Shown here: positions 52,991 to 61,307 of the stretch, one piece after another
Layout: the number at the start of each line of letters is the position of its first letter
How positions within the stretch are numbered: the first letter of the stretch is position 1
NCBI GenBank assembly: GCA_965220545.1
Contig: CBDCQF010000011.1
Coordinates: 287,098 to 351,097 of the forward strand
DNA: 64,000 nucleotides
Direction of reading: 5' to 3'
DNA from: Dehalococcoidia bacterium
GTDB taxonomy: Bacteria; Chloroflexota; Dehalococcoidia; Lucifugimonadales; QGNO01
Position numbers and translations under genes: made by a program
The notes under the pieces: model-generated
The model's input: the letters and a program-made list of their open reading frames with translations, nothing else
What the model was told of the DNA's origin: nothing
Database searches by the model: none

Positions 52991-55410
52991 GACTGCTTGC
53001 CGTTTCCATAGGATGGGTCGCGGGAGTGGCGCTGGCCCTGCAGTGGGACGTCCCGTTTGCTTCCCTGATGCTGCTTCTGGGAGCTTCCGGCCTGCTGGCG
53101 CTGGTCTTCTTGATCGGGAAGCGGGGCTTACTGATTCCCGTTGCGCTGGCGGCGCTGATCGTTGGCATGCTGCGCGTGGGCGTGTTGCCGTCGACGCCGC
53201 CGGAACTCAGTCCATGGCTGGGACTGGACGGCGTAGAAGTGGAGGGAGTGGTGGGGGAGGTCCCTGAGGCCAGCGGCGCCGCTTCACGGTTCCTGCTTAA
53301 CCTGGAGCGCGTAAACGACGGTTACGGCTGGCGAGAGGTGTCGGGCGGCGTACTGGTCACCGCTTCGCCTTCGTTAGACCTGGCCCGGCAGCGAGATGCG
53401 CCCTTCTTCCGCTATGGAGACCGTCTACTGCTCGATGGGGAGCTGAAGGATGCGCCCGTTTTCGCCGGCTTCAACTACAGGGAGTACCTGGCACGGCGCG
53501 GGATAAATGCCCTGATGTTCGAACCGGAGGTGACCTGGTTGGCGGAGGGGCAGGGCTCCAGGCCATTGGCCCTTCTGCATAGCCTGAGGCGGTCGCTGGC
53601 CCGCGCGCTGGACGCGTCCCTGCCGGAGCCGCAGACCTCCTTTGCCAAGGCCGTGCTTCTGGGAATCCGGGATACGATCCCTTCAGACGTTGTCGAGGCT
53701 TTTCGCAACACGGGGACATCTCATCTGCTGGCGATTTCCGGGCTGCACGTCGGCGTGGTCCTCGGCCTGGTTGTGCCGACAGCGGCGGGTCTATTCGGCA
53801 GAAGGCGGAGCCTGTACCTTCTGCTCCCGCTGGGGGTTATCTGGCTATACGTCGTTCTGAGCGGGCTATCGCCTTCAGCGGAGCGCGCCGCAATCATGGC
53901 CAGTCTCTACCTGGCCGCGGTGGCGTTGGGCAGGCAGCGCAGCGCCCTACCGGCGCTGGGCTTTGCGGTTGCCTTCATGGTTGCCTTGGACCCGCAGGTG
54001 GTGTACGACGTCTCTTTCCAGCTGAGCTTTGCCGCCATGGCAGGCATCATCACCCTCTGGCCGTCGCTGGAAGCTGGAATGAGAGCCCTCTTTGCAAAGA
54101 TTGCGCCGGGCGATGGATGGCTGGAAGGTTTGGGCTACTGGGTCATAGCATCCGTTGCGGTCAGCGCCGCCGCCGTGGTGGCCACTCTGCCCATACTCGC
54201 GTTCTACTTTCACCGGATTGCCTTGCTGAGCATTCCGGCTACGTTGATGGCCCTGCCCGCCCTGCCCCTGATACTGGCAACCTCTATGGCAACGGCGGTA
54301 GCGGGCCTGGCCCTCCCCGTACTTGGGCAGGCCGTAGGCTGGCTGGCCTGGCTTCCGCTGACGTATCTGCTGGGAACGGTGCAAGCCCTGCCTGAGTGGG
54401 TCATAGAGCTCGACGGCGTGTCGCAGCTGTTGGTCTGGGGTTACTACGGCGCGCTCATTGCCGTTCTGGCCTGGTTCCGGCTGAGAAGACGTCCCTTCCA
54501 CTTTGCTCCCGCCGTACGCAGGGAACCCACCGGCCACGCCAACGTACCCGTTCGTCTGTTGAGCCTCGTGCCCGTGGCGGCTGTTGCGGCTCTCATTTGG
54601 TCGGCCAACTGGGCCCTTCCCGATGGCAAGCTGCGCGTCACTTTCATAGACGTCGGCCAGGGCGACGCCGTTTTCGTTCAGACGCCCAGCGGCGGGCAGG
54701 CGCTCATAGACGGAGGCCGTAATCCCGGCCCTGTGTTACGCGCCCTTGGAGAACGGATGCCGTTCTGGGACAGGAGCCTTGACCTGGTGGTGCTTACTCA
54801 TTCGCATGCCGATCATGTAGGAGGCCTGCCTGAAGTGCTGCGCCGTTACGAAGCGTCGGCTGTGCTGGACAACGGATACGAGCATCCGTCTTCCGCACGG
54901 GAGGAGTGGCTCAGCACCCTGGAGTTGGAGGGCGCCACGGTTATTCAGGCGGAGCAGGGGCAAAGGTTGATGCTGGACGGAGAGACAACGATAGAGGTGC
55001 TGAACCCGCCACAGCCGCAGCTAAGGGGGACGTCTTCCGACATAGACAACAACGCCACGGTGCTCCGCCTCAACCATGGCGAGGTCTCGTTTCTCTTTGC
55101 CAGCGACGTTTTCAGAGAGGGCGAGCTTTCCATGCTTTCCAGAGAGCTTGAACTGGAAGCGGACGTGCTCAAAGTCCCCCATCACGGGAGCGGGACATCG
55201 TCCAGCAGGGCGTTCCTAGAGGCGGTGGACCCCCGGCTGTCGGTTGTATCCGTAGGAGCGGGCAACAGCTTTGGGCACCCCAACGCCGAGGTGATGGGCC
55301 GGCTGCAAGAGGCGGTGGGCAGTCCCGACCGCGTCCTGCTCACCTCCGTGCTGGGCGATATAACCCTTGTCTCGGACGGAACGGTTGTCAGATTGCACAC
55401 CGGGGTTTAA
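52987..55410 (+). CDS. comEC: DNA internalization competence protein ComEC/Rec2 (with C-terminal metallo-beta-lactamase domain)
   Basis: 807 aa polytopic protein with ..SHLLAISGLHVG.. and C-terminal ..VTFIDVGQGDAVFVQTP..THSHADHVGGL..VPHHGS.. It overlaps the comEA stop by 4 nt. Confidence 0.85.
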   Translation: MRLLAVSIGWVAGVALALQWDVPFASLMLLLGASGLLALVFLIGKRGLLIPVALAALIVGMLRVGVLPSTPPELSPWLGLDGVEVEGVVGEVPEASGAASRFLLNLERVNDGYGWREVSGGVLVTASPSLDLARQRDAPFFRYGDRLLLDGELKDAPVFAGFNYREYLARRGINALMFEPEVTWLAEGQGSRPLALLHSLRRSLARALDASLPEPQTSFAKAVLLGIRDTIPSDVVEAFRNTGTSHLLAISGLHVGVVLGLVVPTAAGLFGRRRSLYLLLPLGVIWLYVVLSGLSPSAERAAIMASLYLAAVALGRQRSALPALGFAVAFMVALDPQVVYDVSFQLSFAAMAGIITLWPSLEAGMRALFAKIAPGDGWLEGLGYWVIASVAVSAAAVVATLPILAFYFHRIALLSIPATLMALPALPLILATSMATAVAGLALPVLGQAVGWLAWLPLTYLLGTVQALPEWVIELDGVSQLLVWGYYGALIAVLAWFRLRRRPFHFAPAVRREPTGHANVPVRLLSLVPVAAVAALIWSANWALPDGKLRVTFIDVGQGDAVFVQTPSGGQALIDGGRNPGPVLRALGERMPFWDRSLDLVVLTHSHADHVGGLPEVLRRYEASAVLDNGYEHPSSAREEWLSTLELEGATVIQAEQGQRLMLDGETTIEVLNPPQPQLRGTSSDIDNNATVLRLNHGEVSFLFASDVFREGELSMLSRELELEADVLKVPHHGSGTSSSRAFLEAVDPRLSVVSVGAGNSFGHPNAEVMGRLQEAVGSPDRVLLTSVLGDITLVSDGTVVRLHTGV

Positions 55411-55462
55411 GGTTTCTTACGGGCGGAGAGGCGTGGCCAGCCACGGTTCACCCCCACTCAGT

Positions 55463-55483
55463 CTTCCCCCATCAAGGGGGAAG
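55463..55483 (+). terminator. possible terminator hairpin after comEC
   Basis: CTTCCCCC-ATCAA-GGGGGAAG is followed by only a weak T-tract (AGGTTTGTGG). Confidence 0.3.
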
Positions 55484-55521
55484 AGGTTTGTGGAGAGCGC
55501 GCAACTCAGTATGGAGAGTCA

Positions 55522-56238
55522 ATGAGAATAGACGGACGCACCCCCGATCAGGCCAGGGATACGAGTATAGCCGTGGGATACCAGGAGTTCGCCGAGGGGT
55601 CATGCCTTATCCAGGTGGGCAAGACCAAGGTAATCTGCGCCGCTTCCATAGAGGAGCGCGTGCCCAACTTCCTCAGGTTCAGCGGACAGGGCTGGGTCAC
55701 CGCGGAGTACGCCATGCTGCCGAGGTCTACTCTGTCACGCACGCAGAGAGGCTACGGGCGTCCCGGGGGCAGAGAATCGGAGATACAGCGGCTGATTGGA
55801 CGTTCACTGCGCGCCGTGACCGATATGAAAGCGCTTGGAGAGCGTACGGTGACGCTTGACTGCGACGTACTGCAGGCCGACGGCGGCACTCGCACCGCTT
55901 CCATCACGGGCGCCTACGTGGCGCTGTACCAGGCGTTGCTTCACCTGGTGCGGCAGGGCGCTTTGGAGTCGGTGCCGCTGAAAGCCGCCGTGGCCGCCAC
56001 CAGTGTCGGGGTGGTGGAAGGCGTCCCTTACCTCGACCTCTGCTACGAAGAGGACGCACGAGCGGAGGTGGACTTCAACGTGGTGATGACCGATAGAGGT
56101 GAGTACGTGGAGCTCCAGGGCACCGCTGAAGGTGTGCCCTTCTCCCGTGAGACCACGGACAGCCTCTTGGCCTTGGGCAAGGAAGGCATCGATTATCTGT
56201 TTCGGGTGCAGGAAGAAGCGATAAGCAGCTTCAGTTGA
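55522..56238 (+). CDS. rph: ribonuclease PH
   Basis: MRIDGRTPDQ.R......G....AEGS.LI..G.T.V.C.AS..; ..GRE.EIQRLIGRSLR.. Confidence 0.9.
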   Translation: MRIDGRTPDQARDTSIAVGYQEFAEGSCLIQVGKTKVICAASIEERVPNFLRFSGQGWVTAEYAMLPRSTLSRTQRGYGRPGGRESEIQRLIGRSLRAVTDMKALGERTVTLDCDVLQADGGTRTASITGAYVALYQALLHLVRQGALESVPLKAAVAATSVGVVEGVPYLDLCYEEDARAEVDFNVVMTDRGEYVELQGTAEGVPFSRETTDSLLALGKEGIDYLFRVQEEAISSFS

Positions 56239-56262
56239 ACATAGTGCTGGGCTAGTACCCAG

Positions 56263-59200
56263 CTAGCTGGCCCGCTTCACGCCCAGCTTGACCGATGCGC
56301 CGTCAATCCGGTGTTCTTCCACGTGGGCGCCGTCTCCGGGTTCGCCGGGCTGCAGGTCCAGGGAAAGGGTCTCTTCCTTGATGTAGCCGCCGTGCTTTTC
56401 CATGACGCGCGCAACCCGGTCGTTGCCCTGGTACCAGGTCACTATCCTGTCCGAGATATTAAAGCCCGCCGAACGGCGCATGTTCTGCACAAGGTGGACA
56501 AGCTCCCTGGTCATGCCCTCGTCGGCCAGATCAGGCGTGAGGTTGGTGTCAATCGCCACCAGGTAGCCGGCCTCCATCGCGGAGGCGTACCCCTCTTTAT
56601 CGGAGGTCTCGACCAGCAGCTCGTTGGGTTCCAGGGTGAAACCGTTTAGTTGCACCTGGCGGTTGCCGTTGACCAGGCGGGCTATTTCATGGGAGTCGGC
56701 TGTGCCAAGCAACTTCTGCAGCTTGGGCAGCTCAGGCCCCAGCTTGGGTCCCAGAAGCTGCAGGTTGGGCTTCACGGTGTACTCCACCACGTCGCCTTCA
56801 TCCTGGAGAGGGACGACCTCTTTGACGTTCAGCTCATCGATTACGTGCGACGCCAGCTTTCGCAGCGCCTCCCACTCGGTTGAAGAGCGCGGCTTCACCA
56901 GCGCCTTGGCCAGGGGCTGCCTCACCCGTATCTTGGCTTTGCTGCGCGCCGCCCGGCCCAGGCTGGACACTCGCATTGCCAGGCGCATTCCTTCGGATAG
57001 CTCCTTGTCGATCAACGACTCATCCGCCTTGGGGAAGTCGGTCAGGTGCACGCTGTCCGGAGCGTTTTGGTCCAGCGAGACGACCAGATTGCGGTAGATC
57101 TCCTCGGCGACGAACGGCGTGAAGGGAGCGAGAAGCTTGGACAGGCTGGTGAGGCATTCGTAGAGGGTGGCGTACGCCGATGCCTTGTCGTCATCGTTCT
57201 CGCTCTTCCAGAAGCGCCGTCTGCTGCGCCGCACGTACCAGTTGGACAGCACCTCCACGAACTCCTGGATACGGCGTCCGGCGTCGGTGGCGTTGTACTC
57301 GTCCATGAGCCGGGTCACCTCGGCGGTTAGCTGCTCCAGCTCGGAGCGAATCCACCTGTCCAGGTCGGAGGCGGGCTGTGTCTGGGAGGCCTGCGCCGGG
57401 TTGTAGCCGTCGAGGTTGGCGTAGGTGACGAAGAACGAGTACACGTTCCACAGGGTGAGCATGAACCGCCTCACCGACTCGCTGACCAGGTCGGCGGAGA
57501 AGCGGCGGGAGTTGCCGGGAGGAGCGGCTGTGTACATGTACCATCGCACGGCGTCTGCGCCGTGGGCGTTGATCACTTCCCAGGGTTCCACCACGTTACC
57601 CTTGGACTTGCTCATCTTCTCGCCCTTGTTGTCCAGGATGTGCCCCAGGCAGATGACGTTGCGGTATGACGGCTCGTCCGCGACCAGGGTAGCCAGGGCG
57701 TGCAGGGTGTAGAACCAGCCGCGAGTTTGGTCTATGGCCTCGCAGATATAGTCGGCGGGGAACAGGTACCTGTCGCGCAGCGCTTCCAGGTCGTTCAGCG
57801 AGGTCACGTGGTGCTGCGCATACGGCATGGCTCCCGAGTCGAACCAGGCGTCCAGAACGTGCGGCACCCTGCTCATGGTTCCGTCGCATTTCAGGCAGGA
57901 GACGCGCACGGCGTCGATGTACGGCCGGTGCAGGTCGAAACTCTCCAAGTCCAGCGACTCGCTGTGTTCTCCCAGGGCGCGTTCCTTTAGCTCGGCCACG
58001 CTGCCGAAGCAATCGTATGCGTCGCAGCAATCGCAATGCCAGATGGGCAGCGGTGTGCCCCAGTAGCGCTCGCGAGACAGCGCCCAGTCGATGTTGTTGC
58101 GCAGCCACTCCCCGAAGCGGCCATCCCTGATGTGCTCGGGGTACCAGCTGATTTCCTGGTTGCCTGAGACCAGTGCCTGCTGCTTGGCGGTGGTGCGGAT
58201 GTACCAGGAGGACTTGGCGTAGTAGAGCAGGGGAGAATCGCAGCGCCAGCAGAAGGGGTAGGTGTGCCTGTATATGCCGCGTTTGTAGAGCAGACCGCGC
58301 TGCTCCAGGTCACGCATGATGTCCTCGTCGGCGTCCTTGACGAACTTGCCGCTTCCGGGCGGCTCCGGATGCTCTATGTTTCCATCCAGTCCCACGGTGT
58401 GGATGGTGGGCAGCCCGTGAGCACGGCCCAGCTCCATGTCTTCCGCGCCGTAGGCAGGGGCGGTATGGACTATGCCGGTGCCGTCGTCCATGGAGACGTA
58501 GCCGGCGGTGACAACCTTGTACGCGTCGGCATCATCGCCGTCAGAGGTAGCATACAGGGGGCGATAGAACAGGCCTTCCAGCTCTTTCCCCAGAAAGGAG
58601 CCTTGGACATCGTACTCATCCGTGATCACAGCCTCCAGGCGCTCTTCGGCAAGAACAAGGCGGCTATCGTCGTGTTGCAGCCTGATCAGCACGTACCTGG
58701 CATCTGGAGCCACGGCCAGCGCGACGTTGGCGGTAAGAGTCCAGGGTGTAGTCGTCCAGGCCAGGAACCCAACGGTCTGCCCTTCGGGCAGTCGTTGTAC
58801 GAAATCAGGACTGTGCTCAGCGGATCTTGCCGCGTCCAGCGGGAACGACACGTACACCGACGGGTCGGGCGTGTCCTCTTTGTAGCCCAGCGCCACTTCG
58901 TGCGAGCTCAAGGTCGTGACACAGCGCGGACAGTGAGGCGCTACCCGGTATCCCTGGTACAGCAGCCCCTTGTCCCATAGCTCCTTCAATATCCACCAGC
59001 CGCTCTCTATGTAGTCGTTGGTGAAGGTGACGTAGGGGTCGTCCATGTCCACCAGGAAGGCTATGCGGTCGGTGAGGGCTTCCCACTCCTGGACGTAGCG
59101 CATCACGCTGTCACGGCAGAGAGCGTTGAACTTCTCGATGCCGTACTCCTCTATCTCGCCCTTGGTGGAGATGCCCAGCTCCTTCTCGATCTCAAGCTCC

Positions 59201-59505
59201 ACGGGGAGCCCGTGAGTGTCCCATCCGCCCTTGCGAACCGGACGGTAGCCTTTCATCGTCTTGTAGCGTGGTATCACGTCCTTGAACACGCGGGCCAGCA
59301 CGTGGTGGATGCCCGGCGCTCCGTTGGCCGTGGGAGGCCCCTCGTACAGCGTGAACAGGGGCGCGCCTTCCCGCGCCCGGTCGATTCGACGGAGGATGTC
59401 GGTCTCTTTCCAGAAGGCGAGGACGTCCTCCTCCATGCGGGGGAAGCTCACCCTGGGCGAGACGGGCTTGAACACGGCTGCTTTTTGAGTTTCGCTTTCT
59501 ACCAC
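56263..59505 (-). CDS. ileS: isoleucine--tRNA ligase (type 2)
   Basis: 1080 aa, GTG start behind GAGGAG. It has the HIGH-type motif (PPTANGAPGIHHVL), KMSKS (KMSKSKGN) and a C-terminal Ile-type extension. Confidence 0.95.
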   Translation of the reverse strand: MVESETQKAAVFKPVSPRVSFPRMEEDVLAFWKETDILRRIDRAREGAPLFTLYEGPPTANGAPGIHHVLARVFKDVIPRYKTMKGYRPVRKGGWDTHGLPVELEIEKELGISTKGEIEEYGIEKFNALCRDSVMRYVQEWEALTDRIAFLVDMDDPYVTFTNDYIESGWWILKELWDKGLLYQGYRVAPHCPRCVTTLSSHEVALGYKEDTPDPSVYVSFPLDAARSAEHSPDFVQRLPEGQTVGFLAWTTTPWTLTANVALAVAPDARYVLIRLQHDDSRLVLAEERLEAVITDEYDVQGSFLGKELEGLFYRPLYATSDGDDADAYKVVTAGYVSMDDGTGIVHTAPAYGAEDMELGRAHGLPTIHTVGLDGNIEHPEPPGSGKFVKDADEDIMRDLEQRGLLYKRGIYRHTYPFCWRCDSPLLYYAKSSWYIRTTAKQQALVSGNQEISWYPEHIRDGRFGEWLRNNIDWALSRERYWGTPLPIWHCDCCDAYDCFGSVAELKERALGEHSESLDLESFDLHRPYIDAVRVSCLKCDGTMSRVPHVLDAWFDSGAMPYAQHHVTSLNDLEALRDRYLFPADYICEAIDQTRGWFYTLHALATLVADEPSYRNVICLGHILDNKGEKMSKSKGNVVEPWEVINAHGADAVRWYMYTAAPPGNSRRFSADLVSESVRRFMLTLWNVYSFFVTYANLDGYNPAQASQTQPASDLDRWIRSELEQLTAEVTRLMDEYNATDAGRRIQEFVEVLSNWYVRRSRRRFWKSENDDDKASAYATLYECLTSLSKLLAPFTPFVAEEIYRNLVVSLDQNAPDSVHLTDFPKADESLIDKELSEGMRLAMRVSSLGRAARSKAKIRVRQPLAKALVKPRSSTEWEALRKLASHVIDELNVKEVVPLQDEGDVVEYTVKPNLQLLGPKLGPELPKLQKLLGTADSHEIARLVNGNRQVQLNGFTLEPNELLVETSDKEGYASAMEAGYLVAIDTNLTPDLADEGMTRELVHLVQNMRRSAGFNISDRIVTWYQGNDRVARVMEKHGGYIKEETLSLDLQPGEPGDGAHVEEHRIDGASVKLGVKRAS

Positions 59506-59519
59506 TGTCGGCTCCTCTG

Positions 59520-59790
59520 TGTTTCCGCTAACAAAAAAACCCGCCCCCTAAGGGACGGGACTTGAAAGCCGCGGTACCACCCTTGTTTTCCGGTATTGGA
59601 ACGCTTAGTGAGGCGCAATCACGCCTCTGCCGTTGTAACGGTCGGCAAGCCCGGCCTAGCTTACTTGGCTTATGTGCCGTTCAGCCGGCGGCTCGGGAGT
59701 GATTTTCCGCGTGCGCCTGGGCGTCCGCTTCCACCGTGCCGGACTCGCTGTGCCGTTGCGCGACGCGTACTCGTCTCCGTCATAGCCTTT
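59520..59790 (-). promoter_or_regulatory. T-box riboswitch leader (Ile specifier AUC) controlling ileS
   Basis: The minus strand shows AUGACGGAGACGAGUA (stem I base/GA motif) and ..CAGCGAGUCCGGCACGGUGGAAGCGG.. (distal region). The specifier loop is GGAAA-AUC-A (AUC = comp. 59701-59703). The T-box sequence is AAGGGUGGUACCGCGG (comp. 59570-59582). The terminator is CCCGUCCC-UUAG-GGGGCGGG plus U7 (comp. 59533-59559). Confidence 0.8.
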
Positions 59791-59854
59791 GACACGAAAA
59801 GCGTAGCACAGGGGAGGGGAAGCGGGCAAGGTGGCAACTGCATCCGCCATCTTC

Positions 59855-59889
59855 CCGCTCATGGTGAGCTTGTCGAACCATATGAGCGG
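59855..59889. repeat. palindromic dispersed repeat, family A unit
   Basis: CCGCTCATGGTGAGCTTGTCGAACCATATGAGCGG has arms CCGCTCAT/ATGAGCGG. Confidence 0.75.
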
Positions 59890-59909
59890 AACTCTAGAGG
59901 GTAGCGTCT

Positions 59910-60452
59910 ATGCAGTATACTGGTAGCAGACGAATGGACATCCAACTCATCCGTGACCGCCTTGTGGGCGAGATGGCTATGCTGCCTGACCTACAGGCTC
60001 CTGAGATTCAGAGTTACGCAGTGACTACCGCTGTTTTGGTCAGACGGGTTGCTACGGCGCTGGATATTAAGGACCTCCGCATCCCGGATGCATGGCAACC
60101 GCACACCTGTCACGACCTTAGACACGTACTGAACGGCCTAGTTCACTATAGGAGTTTTTACCCAGCTATCGTAAAGCCACCTCAAGGTGAGCAGTATAAG
60201 TACGACTTCGTCTCGGTGAGGAGCGACAGTGCCAGTTTCGTGATTAGTCTGGAGCTGTACTTCGGCCACGTTCGTCGCTTTGCCGATGATGACCTGTTCG
60301 TGGCCAGCTATCTCCTACGTCGGATCATAACGCTACTGTGTCAGGTGCTCTCTGCACCCGACAAGGACTGGTCGCGGCCCCTACTCGTCGATGTGACCGA
60401 CCGCATGCGTACTCCCAGCCAGCAGAGGAACGCGCCCATATCGTCACCGTAG
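59910..60452 (+). CDS. hypothetical protein (orphan ORF in a low-G+C pocket)
   Basis: 180-aa ORF (alternative start MDIQLI at 59934). I recognise no motifs. Its 3' end overlaps the non-homologous tail of the truncated methylase ORF on the opposite strand. Confidence 0.3.
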   Translation: MQYTGSRRMDIQLIRDRLVGEMAMLPDLQAPEIQSYAVTTAVLVRRVATALDIKDLRIPDAWQPHTCHDLRHVLNGLVHYRSFYPAIVKPPQGEQYKYDFVSVRSDSASFVISLELYFGHVRRFADDDLFVASYLLRRIITLLCQVLSAPDKDWSRPLLVDVTDRMRTPSQQRNAPISSP

Positions 60453-60724
60453 ACGGCCTTGGCCATGTTGATAACCTGCCAGACCTCCGGTTCGTCCCGC
60501 ATGACAGCTATGAGCCATTCGTCGTGTATGTCCTTCCGCCAACTCCAGCGGTCATGGAAATGTGCCCCAGCTACAAGGCTGTCGGGCGTGGCGTGGAAGT
60601 CCTTATTCTTGTTGAACGGCGGATCGGTAGCGATCAGATGGATAGTCTCGCTATTCATCCCACGAAGAAAGTCTAAGTTGTCACCGTGAAAGAGCGTGCG
60701 GTTCTTGAAATTGAGTTCGGCCAT
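60341..60724 (-). pseudogene. 5' fragment of an N6/N4 DNA methyltransferase (beta-class, DPPF motif)
   Basis: MAELNFKNRTLFHGDNLDFLRGMNSETIHLIATDPPFNKNKDF...DDMGAFLCWLGVRM matches the N-terminal third of DPPY/F-first methylases. The expected continuation (SAM-binding ..GS.Y.H.D region) is absent and is replaced by unrelated sequence until the stop. Confidence 0.6.
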
Positions 60725-60808
60725 AGTGGAGTCACGATAGTGAAGCGCTGCGCCAGTGTCAAGGAGAGGATGACGGAGGGGGAGCGGGAAGGACGGCCAT
60801 TCCCTCCG

Positions 60809-61125
60809 TTCGCCCTGAGCCTGTCGAAGGGCGCATCCCCCTGGCGTGGTTCGACAGGCTCACCACGAGCGGGGGTTAGGCTCACCCACCCCCGTCTTGC
60901 CCGCGGAGGCGGGCATCCAGGCGGCGGGGCGGGGGTTAGCCCTGCCACCAACCCCTTCCCCATACCCGCCCTCTGCACGTATCCTTTCTCCATGAGTGCC
61001 ATCTGCAAACCATCGCCCCTCAGCGTCCGACCCGCTCCGGTTCCCTCTCCGGACGGCAATCGCCGCCACCCGCTCACCCTGAGCCCAGCCGAAGGAGCCT
61101 GTCCTGAGCACCGTCGAAGGAGATT
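60809..61125. repeat. cluster of family A-type and related GC-rich dispersed repeats
   Basis: TTCGCCCTGAGCCTGTCGAAGGGCG, GTGGTTCGACAGGCTCACCACGAGCGGG, CCCGCGGAGGCGGGCATCC and CGCTCACCCTGAGCCCAGCCGAAGGAGCCTGTCCTGAGCACCGTCGAAGGAG. The ORFs called here on both strands are repeat translations. Confidence 0.65.
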
Positions 61126-61307
61126 CGTTTCCCCATTTTTCGCCAACCTCCGAACCATTTTAGCCTTGCTAGTTGACATAACGTCTGAAACGAATACCCC
61201 CTGCTCGGTACCCTCTGGAACCTTGCCAAATCTGAGGAGGAACGCGCCCTTGTTGAGCGAATACCGTCGTGGTAATCTGGGCAGGCTTTGCAGAGGAGGG
61301 TGGAAAC

